From a virus, in the IMG/VR virus record IMGVR_UViG_3300031673_000014, positions 17,146-81,145 of that record: a DNA stretch of 64,000 nucleotides, one strand, 5' to 3'. This document shows, piece by piece, positions 48,487 to 59,132 of this stretch (positions are counted from its first letter, which is position 1; every line of letters begins with the position of its first letter). Position numbers and translations under genes: made by a program. The notes beneath the pieces were generated by a model. The model did not search any database. It saw only the letters and a program-made list of their open reading frames with translations, and was not told the DNA's origin.

Positions 48487-48948
48487 ATGAAAGATGATGA
48501 CTCAGGAACACAATCAAAGCAACCTTGTCCATGTTGTGGGGAAAGATTACCAGAAAACGGTAAAGAGCTTTGCAGTAGGTGTGATACCCTTCCCTCACAG
48601 TCAGAACTAGAATACAGCTCAGGGATGCCCTTAATGAAAGATGAAGAGATGAAACCATATAAAGACATTGCAATTCTACAAAGAGAAATGAATGATCAGG
48701 CTCAAGAGATTATTAACAGAGACAAAGAAATCTCTGAGCTAAAAGATATAATCTCAGTTCAAAAAGAAGATCTTGAAAATGTCAGATTGTTAGCTGTAGA
48801 GCTGAGAGAATGTAATAAAATACTCGCAAAATTTAATCTAAATAATGCAGGGAAGATAGCAGAATGGAAATCCGAATTCGAACGGGTAGATTCAGAAAAG
48901 GATGATTTACTAAAATTGGTTGAAGATTTAAGAGAAGAACCAAGATGA
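48487..48948 (+). CDS. Zn-ribbon + coiled-coil hypothetical protein
   Basis: CPCCG...CSRC then heptad repeats. Confidence 0.6.
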   Translation: MKDDDSGTQSKQPCPCCGERLPENGKELCSRCDTLPSQSELEYSSGMPLMKDEEMKPYKDIAILQREMNDQAQEIINRDKEISELKDIISVQKEDLENVRLLAVELRECNKILAKFNLNNAGKIAEWKSEFERVDSEKDDLLKLVEDLREEPR

Positions 48949-49044
48949 ATAAATTAAAACAGATCTTAAGCGATATGGGATATTTCTTCTCCCGATGGTG
49001 TTCAAATGCACTCATAAGCTATCTAAGCCCGAAAAGGAAAAAGA

Positions 49045-49275
49045 ATGGCTGATAAAACTCTTTGTAACGATTGCGGAAATGAAGTAAAATATATTAATAC
49101 CAGAAAAGAGGGTATACTCAAGTGTGTATCTTCTACGGTAAAAGCAGTACAAGAATCAGGAAGGATAATAGAGGTATTTTTAATTCATGAATGTAACAAT
49201 AGGTCACTTGATGAAACATCTATCGGAGAAGTTAAAGAAAGGAAACTATGGGTCGGTCCTGATACACATCCGTGA
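49045..49275 (+). CDS. Small Zn-binding hypothetical protein
   Basis: CNDCG...HEC. Confidence 0.5.
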   Translation: MADKTLCNDCGNEVKYINTRKEGILKCVSSTVKAVQESGRIIEVFLIHECNNRSLDETSIGEVKERKLWVGPDTHP

Positions 49276-49510
49276 TGGCGTCATTACCGGAGTCAAAGAT
49301 AATATTGAATGGAATGCCGATTCTTTTGTAGAATTTGTAGAAAATGCACAAAAACCAATAACTCGTTATGTAGTAAAGAATAAAAAGAACGAAATGCCCG
49401 AAAATGACGTAAAAATAGATACAATTGAAGTTATGATTATACCAACTGAAAGCATTAATGCGAAAAAATTGCATAATGATGCTATTATTTTACCGGATGA
49501 AAAAGAATGA
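49187..49510 (+). CDS. DUF2292/YezD-like small protein
   Basis: NYGSVLIHIRDGVITGV motif. Confidence 0.45.
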   Translation: MNVTIGHLMKHLSEKLKKGNYGSVLIHIRDGVITGVKDNIEWNADSFVEFVENAQKPITRYVVKNKKNEMPENDVKIDTIEVMIIPTESINAKKLHNDAIILPDEKE

Positions 49511-49612
49511 TATCGAATAAACCGTTATTGAGTAAGAAAATAAAAATATGCATTATAGACATTAGTAATGTATTTAATTATAACAAAATAAAAAACGGGG
49601 GAATTGTTTAAA

Positions 49613-50311
49613 ATGGCGTGTAAAATCTGTAATGACAAAAAACTACCCCTTATCAACAGGATGATACTAGATAATGCCCCGAATACCGCTATAGTAAAAA
49701 GATTTGGATATGATCCCAGAACAATAAAAAAGCATAAAAAAAACTGTATATCAGAATCAATTTTAAAAACTGCTCAAGCCCGGGAGATAATTGCTTCTTC
49801 TGCTTTGCTGGAAAACGTAGAATCTAAAATAGAAATGATGGACAAGTTAATCGAGGGCTGCGCCGACTACCTGGTAGATCCAGATGATCCTAATAAATAT
49901 TTTCTAGGTGCACGGGGATCAGAAATTCAGGTTGTTTATCAAGAAATTAACGAAAACGGGAAACCCGGGACACTTCAGAAAAAAGCTACCCTTCAGGCTC
50001 TCTTAGATGCCATTTCAGAAGATGGTCACTACATTGTGATGAATACTACAATAAAGCATTCTGATCCCAGGGATCTTCTTTTAAAGGGTATTTCAGAATT
50101 AAAATCGGTTGCAAAAATGTTGATTGATGCAAGTCAGGTCGTAATAGAACACGAGCGCCTTAATTTAGCGTATGAGCGAATATCTAAAGAGGGCGGTTCT
50201 ATATCAATAGAAAAAGAAATATCCTCTTTAACAGAGAGAATAACCATTGCCCTTAAAGGGAGCAATACAGAGGAATTATCAAAACTTGCCGGACTGCCGG
50301 ATCTGGACTAA
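49613..50311 (+). CDS. Putative terminase small subunit (HTH)
   Basis: MACKICN...INRMI...IVKRFG...IKKHKKNC N-terminus and helical C-terminus. Confidence 0.45.
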   Translation: MACKICNDKKLPLINRMILDNAPNTAIVKRFGYDPRTIKKHKKNCISESILKTAQAREIIASSALLENVESKIEMMDKLIEGCADYLVDPDDPNKYFLGARGSEIQVVYQEINENGKPGTLQKKATLQALLDAISEDGHYIVMNTTIKHSDPRDLLLKGISELKSVAKMLIDASQVVIEHERLNLAYERISKEGGSISIEKEISSLTERITIALKGSNTEELSKLAGLPDLD

Positions 50312-50319
50312 AATTATGC

Positions 50320-50348
50320 TTGATTAAATTACTAATCGGGTGTATTCT
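50320..50348 (+). promoter_or_regulatory. Promoter with CTAATCGNNTG motif
   Basis: TTGATT-17-TATTCT with CTAATCGGGTG. Confidence 0.7.
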
Positions 50349-50366
50349 TTTTATCAGGGGGAATAT

Positions 50367-50678
50367 GTGAAAGCAGAGAAAATAATATCTAATTACATAG
50401 CTGAGTTTGATCGGTTGACAAATACCGAAGAGAAATTCTCAGGGAATAAACAGGGTGAGGATCACTTGAATAGTTTTGTTTGTCCAGACTGCCGGGACAT
50501 TCTTATAAATCAGGGCGACGCTCTTTTTTGTGAAAATCCTGAATGTAGTAACACCGAAAGGTATGAATATACTTACATGAAGATTACTGGAAAGCCAACC
50601 TTTACCATAGAAAAAGATTTTCCAGATCCCTTGAAAGAAATATATGATATTGATCCGATGATGGTGAAAGATGACTGA
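50367..50678 (+). CDS. Zn-ribbon hypothetical protein
   Basis: CPDC...CENPEC; GTG start after CAGGGGGAATAT. Confidence 0.6.
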   Translation: MKAEKIISNYIAEFDRLTNTEEKFSGNKQGEDHLNSFVCPDCRDILINQGDALFCENPECSNTERYEYTYMKITGKPTFTIEKDFPDPLKEIYDIDPMMVKDD

Positions 50679-51066
50679 AAAATGTGACTTCACAGAAATG
50701 GAGATGTGCGATAGGGCAAAAGACAGTGGAATAATCACTTTCGGAATTTCTATAACGAATGGATTTGCTGCAACAATAGTTGGATCAGGTCTAAAAATTG
50801 ACTATTGCCCGTATTGTGGATCAAGTCTTAAGGATTTCAAATTAATAATGAAACCTATATTTTCCCGGGGATTAAATTTTAAATATAAGATTGATACAAT
50901 GAGATTGGAAAACTTTTTTGTAACTCAAGAAGAGGCTATTGGAAGATATAAGTTCCAAGACCATATTGAGGATCTTAAGAAAGAAAAGTCTCCCTCATAT
51001 GTCAAAAAAAGTCTTAATGATATTTTAAACTCCAATGAAGGAGCTACGAATTTCAATGAAATCTAA
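50671..51066 (+). CDS. Hypothetical protein
   Basis: IDYCPYCG motif. Confidence 0.55.
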   Translation: MTEKCDFTEMEMCDRAKDSGIITFGISITNGFAATIVGSGLKIDYCPYCGSSLKDFKLIMKPIFSRGLNFKYKIDTMRLENFFVTQEEAIGRYKFQDHIEDLKKEKSPSYVKKSLNDILNSNEGATNFNEI

Positions 51067-51226
51067 TTGTTTATCATACTGCAAAGATACCGGGAAATGT
51101 AATTCAAGAGAAAGTTCATGCTTCTATAAGAGCATGGATAATTTAAACTGTAAATCAAAGGGAGTTGTCCCTGAAATAAAAAACCATGATTATTATCATA
51201 ACAGAGCAAGGGGGGAATGAAACGAT

Positions 51227-51385
51227 ATGATAAAAGGCAATATAAAGATAAATCAAGAGGTAGCCAACCGGATCCGTGATGAATATTATATCCCTGGGGT
51301 CACAGCAAAAAGTTTGGCTGAAAAGTATGGTGTATGTATATCTACCATTTCAAATATAATAACTTTTAAAACGTGGAGAGGATAA
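51227..51385 (+). CDS. Small HTH protein (52 aa), missed by ORF track
   Basis: IRDEY...TAKSLAEKYGVCISTISNII..KTW, like the DNA-binding tail of HNH endonucleases; TAATG coupling to dUTPase. Confidence 0.65.
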   Translation: MIKGNIKINQEVANRIRDEYYIPGVTAKSLAEKYGVCISTISNIITFKTWRG

Positions 51386-51867
51386 TGAGATATAATTTTA
51401 CAAAAGAGACCGAAACGGCAAAACTACCAACCAGACATACTCAGGTATCTGCAGGAGTAGATTTTTATTCTGATGAAACCGTCGCTATCCCGGCAAACGG
51501 TAGGGCGGTAATATCAACTGGAATTTCATGGAATCCCTCATTTAATTCAAAAGAATCTTTTAGTTTTCCTTTTTCATGCTTTGTATCATTAATCATACAA
51601 TCCCGGTCAGGGCTTGCCTTTAAAGAAAATATTGAATGCTCAAATGCCGGAGTTATTGATCAGGATTATGTTTCTACTGCCGAAAACAAAGCTGTAATCA
51701 ACGTTATGATGCATAATCACAATAGTGAACCGCGACATATTTACAAGGGAATGAAGATCGCTCAGGGAGTCCCTAATTTAATACCGTATTTTGAAGATGT
51801 GGAGAATTTGGATGTTACCCGGGATGGTTTGGGGTTTGGAAGTTCGGATGAAAAGGAAAACAAATGA
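51385..51867 (+). CDS. dut: dUTPase (trimeric)
   Basis: SAGVDF, SRSGLA, NAGVIDQDY, KIAQ, RDGLGFGSS: all five motifs. Confidence 0.92.
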   Translation: MRYNFTKETETAKLPTRHTQVSAGVDFYSDETVAIPANGRAVISTGISWNPSFNSKESFSFPFSCFVSLIIQSRSGLAFKENIECSNAGVIDQDYVSTAENKAVINVMMHNHNSEPRHIYKGMKIAQGVPNLIPYFEDVENLDVTRDGLGFGSSDEKENK

Positions 51868-52009
51868 GAAGGGTAATAAATGTGGTAATATCAGCAATAG
51901 CACCCGTTGTACTTCATAATGACATGTCAGTTTATCAAACTATGATGCTTTATTTGGCTTGTCTGTTTGTTTTAAATTCAATTGATTTTATGTATGGAGA
52001 TACAAAAAA

Positions 52010-52192
52010 ATGAAATATAAAGAGTGTCCATTTTGCGGATCAATTCCATGTATAAATTCACAATTTCCTAACAGTGTAATAATAATGCATTACCCTAGAT
52101 GTTACATGCTGTCCGGCATGATCCAGCACCAATTACTGATAAACGATCCAGAATCATGGAATACACGATTCGAGAAGAAGGAAATAAAATGA
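52010..52192 (+). CDS. Lar-like Zn-ribbon protein
   Basis: KECPFCG...WNTR. Confidence 0.6.
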   Translation: MKYKECPFCGSIPCINSQFPNSVIIMHYPRCYMLSGMIQHQLLINDPESWNTRFEKKEIK

Positions 52193-52530
52193 GAAACCCT
52201 ATAGATGTTAATAAAATAGAATTAGTAGATTTCCATAAACTATTCGATAAAATATGGACGGAAGATATTACAGATGAAGATGAAATGATGTTTTTTAAGT
52301 TCTATAAAGCAGGGGTAAATATTCATAAAGAATATTATAGAAAACTAGAATCATACTGCGAGAAGCTTGAAAAAGATAAAGAGATTGCGGTTGAGATATT
52401 GGGTGAAGTATTACAAGATGCTGATTCGTTATATATGCAGCTTCAACATGCTCAAGACAATCCACCACCTACCGTTAATTATTTTAAAAAAGAAAAAGAA
52501 ATACTTCGGAAACTAAGGAGTGAATTGTGA
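52189..52530 (+). CDS. Hypothetical protein
   Basis: ATGA overlap; AAGGA RBS. Confidence 0.5.
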   Translation: MRNPIDVNKIELVDFHKLFDKIWTEDITDEDEMMFFKFYKAGVNIHKEYYRKLESYCEKLEKDKEIAVEILGEVLQDADSLYMQLQHAQDNPPPTVNYFKKEKEILRKLRSEL

Positions 52531-52684
52531 TTGAAGCAAGATGTTTGGTTTGTGGTTCCCCAATGGGAGAGTTGATGACTCATTTATCATCACGTAATCA
52601 CGAAGGGAGAGAGACAGAATGTTGCTCAGAAGAATGTGAAGAAATATACTATGACCAAGAAGAACAATGGCAAGAGGAGCAAAA

Positions 52685-53191
52685 ATGAATAATGAAGTTA
52701 ACTGTGATAATCCAGAATGTAGAGACGGTAAGATTGGGTATGGGCTAAATGATAATGTTATTAAACCATGCCCCGATTGCACAGACCAAGAGGAAAAGAA
52801 TGATTTAATAATAAAATTAAAAGATAACGACCCTGCGAAAGATTGGTATAATAAATTAACTGAATCTGAAAAAACAATTTTTTATGCGGGATACAAGCAT
52901 CAATCAGTAAAACTAAAACAGCAAGCCGAAGAGATTGAGTCAAATAAGGCATTTTTAAGTTATTATTCTAAAAAGATTACAGAGTTAAAAGAAGAGATTG
53001 AACAGCTAAACAAAGAAAAGGTTCATTACTTTGATATGACTGTTAAACTTAAAGAACAAATAGAATCAATGAAGTGCTGCGGGAATTGCGGAAATGAAAA
53101 GTATTACTATACGGATAAAAGAGTGTGTAATGTTGGGGTACAAGACTGTTTACCTGGATGGCGAAATAAATGGAAATCAATATTATTATAG
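52685..53191 (+). CDS. Cys-cluster/coiled-coil hypothetical protein
   Basis: GAGGAG RBS; IESMKCCGNC motif. Confidence 0.6.
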   Translation: MNNEVNCDNPECRDGKIGYGLNDNVIKPCPDCTDQEEKNDLIIKLKDNDPAKDWYNKLTESEKTIFYAGYKHQSVKLKQQAEEIESNKAFLSYYSKKITELKEEIEQLNKEKVHYFDMTVKLKEQIESMKCCGNCGNEKYYYTDKRVCNVGVQDCLPGWRNKWKSILL

Positions 53192-53202
53192 GTGAGGGGA
53201 GA

Positions 53203-53409
53203 ATGGAAGATTTATATAAAGAATTTTTAAAACAAAACGGATATCCAGAACCAACCGAAATAAATCTTATTAGCATTAAAAGACCTAATATAGATCCTAA
53301 GCTAAATAATATATATTCTAAATCTATTCAATGTGGAATGACTAATTATAGATTTAAGAATTTTATGGATCATATAGAGTCTATTGTTGATGGTGAGGGG
53401 AGAGAGTGA
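53203..53409 (+). CDS. Hypothetical protein
   Basis: GAGGGGAG RBS. Confidence 0.45.
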   Translation: MEDLYKEFLKQNGYPEPTEINLISIKRPNIDPKLNNIYSKSIQCGMTNYRFKNFMDHIESIVDGEGRE

Positions 53410-53527
53410 GATGATAATGGCAGCTGCAATAAAACATGATGGTGTAGTTTAGTACATGATTTTATTGAATCAAAAGATATTGAAAAAGAACTTGTAAAAT
53501 ACTTAGAAGAGCATAAGGATAATAATC

Positions 53528-53896
53528 ATGATTGACGATAAAATGAAAAAAATAATTAAAGATATAAAATATCTTGTTAATGAATTAGAATTTGAATATA
53601 AGAATACAAATAATAAAGAGTTCCATCATCATAAAAAATATCAAGATTACAAATTGGGGTCTGATATTTTAAACGAACTAACAAGACTTATGATTGGGTT
53701 TGATATTGAAAAACTAGAAGATAAAAATGAATTATTAAAATGTTACAAAATTATAAACACTTGCTACGATCTTTTAAGTGATTCCATACATTCATTAAGA
53801 GAATCAGATACATTCGAGCAAGAGTTACTTTCAGGCGGCATAATGTATTATATAGATACTATTGAAATCACAAAAATACGAGAGTATATAAAATAA
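53528..53896 (+). CDS. Hypothetical protein
   Basis: AAGGA RBS; very AT-rich. Confidence 0.5.
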   Translation: MIDDKMKKIIKDIKYLVNELEFEYKNTNNKEFHHHKKYQDYKLGSDILNELTRLMIGFDIEKLEDKNELLKCYKIINTCYDLLSDSIHSLRESDTFEQELLSGGIMYYIDTIEITKIREYIK

Positions 53897-53956
53897 AATA
53901 GGTTTATTTAAATTAGGAGAGGATAAGGCAAAAGCACTATCCAAACTAAGGAGTGA

Positions 53957-54541
<585 letters not shown>

Positions 54542-54554
54542 AAGAGGAGCAAAA

Positions 54555-54851
54555 ATGAATAATGAAGTTAGATGTGAAACATGTGGTGGTAAAGAATATT
54601 GCTATAGAGATAAATTAAATATGATAGATAGGGATACCTGTAGAGATAATCAATTTAATGACTATTGGCCGGAAGGAACTATTCAACCCGATTGCACAGA
54701 CCATCAGACAGAGGATGATCAGATAAATATAGAGGATAAATTATATATTATATGGAAAGATGGGTTTGATTCAGAAAATCTTAGTCAGTATGAGTTTAAT
54801 GATGATATATGCAAGCTTGAAGAAAGCGTGCAAGAGAAGCCGGATTTTTAA
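54555..54851 (+). CDS. Hypothetical protein, partial paralogue of 52685..53191
   Basis: Identical 29-bp RBS/start and shared PDCTD block. Confidence 0.55.
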   Translation: MNNEVRCETCGGKEYCYRDKLNMIDRDTCRDNQFNDYWPEGTIQPDCTDHQTEDDQINIEDKLYIIWKDGFDSENLSQYEFNDDICKLEESVQEKPDF

Positions 54852-55008
54852 TGAAGATGAATCAAACACTGAATAAAGACATAACTTTATTTGACAAAAA
54901 AGAGATTGATCGATTATGGTGTGAAGTATAGAGTGAATAGGTAAAACTTATGACCACGATTGACATAAAGAATAGATTCGGTTATATTTATCTGAAAGGT
55001 GGGTAAAT

Positions 55009-55701
55009 ATGAAAAATATAGTTATTTTAAATGGGAACTCTGTTTACACGACAACTCTTATAATAGCTGAGGGTGTTGGTAATGATCACAGGAATGTAAT
55101 GAGGTTGCTTAAAAGGTATTCAAGTACAAAGATTCTTTCGACCTTTGAAACCGCAAAAGTATCAAATGGTGGTAGACCTGTAGAATATGCTATTCTAAAT
55201 GAAACACAAGCTACATTTTTAGTCACTCTTATGAACAACTCTGAAATAGTGGTGTTGTTTAAGGAAGCTCTTACAAATGCGTTTGTGAGGCAAAGAGAGA
55301 TTATTTCAGGGCTTATTCAACAAAGAAAAGATCCAGACTGGCAAAATATAAGAAAGGATGGAAAGACCGTATACATTCAAAAGACGGATATAATAAAAAG
55401 ATTTGTAGACTATGCTACAAGTCAAGGAAGTAAGTCAGCTAAAATGTATTATATGAATTTTGCAAAAATGGAGAATTCTGCATTATTTTTCTTTGAACAA
55501 AAATATAATAACCTCCGAGAGATAATGACGATCAAACAATTAATGCAAGTAGCTACTGCCGATAGCGTAATTGAAAAGGCTATCCAAGATGGTATGGAAT
55601 CTGAAATGTATTACAAGGATATATATAAACAGGCAAAAGAGAGAATTATATCGTTTGCAGAGATTATAGGAAGATCGCCAATATTGGCACTGGGGGAATA
55701 G
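55009..55701 (+). CDS. Rha-family phage regulatory protein
   Basis: TTTLIIAEG...H.NV, GGRP...LNE-QATFL-TLM-N...V-FK..L...F. Confidence 0.85.
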   Translation: MKNIVILNGNSVYTTTLIIAEGVGNDHRNVMRLLKRYSSTKILSTFETAKVSNGGRPVEYAILNETQATFLVTLMNNSEIVVLFKEALTNAFVRQREIISGLIQQRKDPDWQNIRKDGKTVYIQKTDIIKRFVDYATSQGSKSAKMYYMNFAKMENSALFFFEQKYNNLREIMTIKQLMQVATADSVIEKAIQDGMESEMYYKDIYKQAKERIISFAEIIGRSPILALGE

Positions 55702-55702
55702 A

Positions 55703-55885
55703 ATGTCATATGAGTATGATCTAATTAAAGACAAATTGGAAGAAATCAGAGCTGCCGAAGAGAACGGAAAACTTGAGTTAAACGACTGGGAGATAAACTT
55801 CATTGATGGTGTTTATGAAAATTATAAGTGGACCGGCGCTCAGGAAGATAGAATAAAATTAATTCACAATAGGATTGAGTCATGA
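55703..55885 (+). CDS. Hypothetical protein
   Basis: LNDWEINFI motif; GGGGGA RBS. Confidence 0.55.
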   Translation: MSYEYDLIKDKLEEIRAAEENGKLELNDWEINFIDGVYENYKWTGAQEDRIKLIHNRIES

Positions 55886-56091
55886 ATTTGTATGATGAAA
55901 AAGATTTTGAGGATGCAGCCGATAAACCGCCATTAGGATTAACACCTATCAAAAACTGGGAGCAGGGCAAAGATAAAGAACGTATAGCCGATATAGTCGA
56001 TGCAATGACCCGGTACTCGGAAAACGAAAAGGTGATCCCTCTTGACTGGATAAGCGAGCTGTGGGGCAGGGTTACAAACCTGGGGGGATAA
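55882..56091 (+). CDS. Hypothetical protein
   Basis: KPPLGLTP...RI..I..AM.RY...IP..W..EL pattern. Confidence 0.6.
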   Translation: MNLYDEKDFEDAADKPPLGLTPIKNWEQGKDKERIADIVDAMTRYSENEKVIPLDWISELWGRVTNLGG

Positions 56092-56610
56092 ATGAACATA
56101 CAAGATAAGATTTTAAAATTACTAAAAGAAAAACCTATGAGCCGAATTGCAATTGTAAAGGCAATTCCTGAAGAAATGGCTCATGCGGTCAATGGTAATC
56201 TAAACGCTTTGTTGATCGGTAGTAAAGTTATATATGATGGTATAGGTTATTCTATTGCACCGAAACTAAGCAAATATAGAAATGTAAAAACAGAAGTTGA
56301 CGGTATTAAGTTTGACTCAAAAGGCGAAGCCGGGCGATATCAGAAATTGCTTTTACTGGAAAAGGCCGGAATGATTACAGACCTTAAAAGACAGGTGCCG
56401 TTTATTATTGCTGATGCTGTTAAATGGGACGGTAAGGTTATCAGGGCTAAAAAATATGTCTGTGATTTTGCTTATACTGATATAAGTACTGCAGAAATAA
56501 AGAAAGTTGTGGAAGATTTTAAGGGTAAAAAGACAGATTTGTATTTACTTAAAAGAAGTCTATTCTTGAATAGATACCCGGAATATTGGTTTCGGGAGAC
56601 AGAAAAATAA
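56092..56610 (+). CDS. DUF1064 PD-(D/E)xK nuclease with N-terminal wHTH
   Basis: SKYRNVKTEVDGIKFDSK-EA-RY, YVCDF-Y, VEDFKG. Confidence 0.85.
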   Translation: MNIQDKILKLLKEKPMSRIAIVKAIPEEMAHAVNGNLNALLIGSKVIYDGIGYSIAPKLSKYRNVKTEVDGIKFDSKGEAGRYQKLLLLEKAGMITDLKRQVPFIIADAVKWDGKVIRAKKYVCDFAYTDISTAEIKKVVEDFKGKKTDLYLLKRSLFLNRYPEYWFRETEK

Positions 56611-56622
56611 TAGGAGACAAAA

Positions 56623-56862
56623 ATGCCAGTAGGTGAAATTAAATTAAGAACCATAAAAGTATCAGGTAGTTACCAGTCTTTCTCTAAAGGGGAAGATGTT
56701 AAAATAACAGATGAAAATGGAAATATAATCTATGCTGAAGGTCTTGATATTACAATGGGAGTTCATGGAGAGTTTAATAAAGCTGTTCTTCGTGAAATTG
56801 TTGGGATTGAATTTTGTGGTGAAATTGAAAATACAACCAATAAAAAAAGAAATCCCCGGTAA
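56623..56862 (+). CDS. Hypothetical protein
   Basis: AGGAG RBS. Confidence 0.5.
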   Translation: MPVGEIKLRTIKVSGSYQSFSKGEDVKITDENGNIIYAEGLDITMGVHGEFNKAVLREIVGIEFCGEIENTTNKKRNPR

Positions 56863-56923
56863 AGAAATGGAGCTTAATCGTGAATAATGGGGGAATACCC
56901 ATAAAAATATTATAGGAGTGTTT

Positions 56924-57066
56924 ATGAGTGAAGGAACAGCAAAGACTATGAGTTTCGGTGAAGCTTTAGAGGTTTTAAAAAAAGGGCATAAAGTAGCAAG
57001 GTGGGGTTGGAACGGTAGCTGGCAAGCCAGACAGATATCCTGGCTGAAGATTGGGTGGGTGTATGA
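56924..57066 (+). pseudogene. Internally deleted DUF2829/Tad2-like anti-defence gene
   Basis: MSFGEALEVLKKGHKVARWGWNG fused out of frame to LASQTDILAEDWVGV*. Confidence 0.8.
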
Positions 57067-57338
57067 AGCATTTAGAGATTATTGAATCAATAAAAAAACT
57101 GAACAATAAGATTGATCAGTTAGAAGGGTTTGTGAGTCGTATTGAAGATGATTCGCCGACATGTTTAACTGGTGATGACAGAAAAGAAGAAGACCCTCTT
57201 TCAATGAGCCAGTTTCTTTCCGGGGGTGGTCGAGTTTTAATAGAACATCTTAATGATAGAGTTGATCATATCCATAAAAAACTATCAGATCTGCTAGAAG
57301 GAACTAGAGATATAGTAATAGATAAGCCAGAAAAATAA
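57063..57338 (+). CDS. Hypothetical protein
   Basis: ATGA overlap with the original stop of the DUF2829 remnant. Confidence 0.55.
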   Translation: MKHLEIIESIKKLNNKIDQLEGFVSRIEDDSPTCLTGDDRKEEDPLSMSQFLSGGGRVLIEHLNDRVDHIHKKLSDLLEGTRDIVIDKPEK

Positions 57339-57343
57339 TTTAA

Positions 57344-57447
57344 TTGACAATCCAAGTGAAAGGATATAATGTTAATTTGGTTTTCATAATTTTCCTTTAT
57401 TTATTTTTACATTAGTCCCGGTTAGTGCAGCCGGGGCTTTTTCTTTT
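57344..57447 (+). ncRNA. Candidate small RNA with anti-AUG/anti-SD tract and terminator
   Basis: TTGACA..TATAAT promoter, TTTTCATAATTTTCCTTT, hairpin AGTCCCGGTT/AGCCGGGGCT plus T run. Confidence 0.45.
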
Positions 57448-57515
57448 ATAATCATCCAAGTATTTAGTCTCAAATTTAACAAGATAAATCAGGGCTTTTT
57501 TTATCCGCAAATAGT

Positions 57516-59132
57516 GTGTATAATGATTTTATGTGGACAGGTGAACAAAAAGTTGTCGTAGCAACGGCAGCACTAACGACAATGAATCCAGAGTTTAAAC
57601 TCGACTTCTGGCAGGACTGGTATTTAAAGTCCAATGAAAGATTTTTAGTTGTCAATAAGAGCCGTCGTATTGGATGGTCTTATATTACTTCTTTGAAGAG
57701 TGTAGTCGAAGCAAATTCCCCGGATGTCTATAAATATCAGAATGTTTTCGTTTCGTATGGTATGAACGATGCCATAGGAAAAATATCCGATGCCAGAAAT
57801 GCGTTAATGAATCTTCCGGACCGGTGGAGAAAAGAAATATCTTCTGATTCTAAAACATCACTTGAATTTTGGGATAAAGACAGAAAAAGTAAATCTCAGC
57901 TTATATCACTCCCTAATCGTACACTGAGGGGTTTTGGTACTTCTAATCCTTTCGGGGGAATCAGTCTCGATGAATTCGCTTTTCATCAAGATGATAAGAA
58001 AGTTTACGAATCAGCTTTACCGTGTCTCACAAGGGGCGGTTTGCTGTCAATTGGATCAACTCCTTTAGCAAAGGCCGGAATGTTTTATGATATCCTTTCT
58101 GACAAAGATAAATATGCGAGGTATCAAAGATTAAATATTCCCTGGTGGTGGGCTTCTGCTCTGTGTATCGATGTAAATACAGCTCTTAAAATAGCGCCTG
58201 ACTTAACCACGTGGGAACGGGTTGATCAATTCGGAACTGATATTTTAAAAGAAATATTCTCTTCTATGGGATTATCATCTTTTAAACAGGAATTTGAATG
58301 TGAATTCACCGATGAGTCCGAAGCTTTCATAACACTCGAAATGATTAAGTCCTGTACTCCTCAGCAAGTAGAACAGTATGAATATCAAAATATTGCTGAA
58401 TTACTCAATGGTGTAGATATTCCTGAAATATGTACCGGGTTTGATCCAGACGGACAACCGATATTTGAATCGGTAACAGCTCCGGCCTATGATCCTGAGA
58501 TCCATGGTGTGTTATTTGCCGGGTGGGATATGGGAAGGACTAAAGACGCTTCTGTATTTACATTAATCGGATATAAAGACGGGAAATTTCATGTCTGGAT
58601 GTCATACGAATTAAAAAATACTCCATTTGATGAACAGAAAGAATTTGCTTCTCTGGCATTGTCTTCACTTCCAATACAACAATTTTTAATAGATAAGAAC
58701 GGTCTCGGTATGGACTTTGCGGAATGGGCTGAAAAGAAATTTCCGACTATTGCTCATGGTGTCCAGTTTACCAACGAAACTAAAGAAGTTATGGCCAATA
58801 AAGTTTACCTGGGATGTGAGCGAAGAGAATATGTTTTCCCGATGAACAAAAAACTTCATGCAGATATCCATTGTATAAGAAAGACTCTTACTGCAATGAA
58901 ATTCAATAAGTATGATGGAAGTACCAAAGACTCTCATGCAGACCGTTTCTGGAGCTTGGCGCTTGCTACAATGGGAATTACGACAGAGAATAGTAATATA
59001 TCTCAATTTTATTCTCAGTATAGGAAAAATAAGGGTGAAACTAAAAAGAGTGTTAGAATATCGACAGGGAATCCCGAATTAGATAGAATCAAAAGAATGG
59101 TAAGAAGGGGTAATAGGCATGGTAGACGGTAA
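57516..59132 (+). CDS. terL: Terminase large subunit
   Basis: VNKSRRIGWS, ISLDEFAF, STP, FKQEFECEF, GWDMGRTKD, IDKNGLG, HADRFWSLALA. Confidence 0.92.
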   Translation: MYNDFMWTGEQKVVVATAALTTMNPEFKLDFWQDWYLKSNERFLVVNKSRRIGWSYITSLKSVVEANSPDVYKYQNVFVSYGMNDAIGKISDARNALMNLPDRWRKEISSDSKTSLEFWDKDRKSKSQLISLPNRTLRGFGTSNPFGGISLDEFAFHQDDKKVYESALPCLTRGGLLSIGSTPLAKAGMFYDILSDKDKYARYQRLNIPWWWASALCIDVNTALKIAPDLTTWERVDQFGTDILKEIFSSMGLSSFKQEFECEFTDESEAFITLEMIKSCTPQQVEQYEYQNIAELLNGVDIPEICTGFDPDGQPIFESVTAPAYDPEIHGVLFAGWDMGRTKDASVFTLIGYKDGKFHVWMSYELKNTPFDEQKEFASLALSSLPIQQFLIDKNGLGMDFAEWAEKKFPTIAHGVQFTNETKEVMANKVYLGCERREYVFPMNKKLHADIHCIRKTLTAMKFNKYDGSTKDSHADRFWSLALATMGITTENSNISQFYSQYRKNKGETKKSVRISTGNPELDRIKRMVRRGNRHGRR

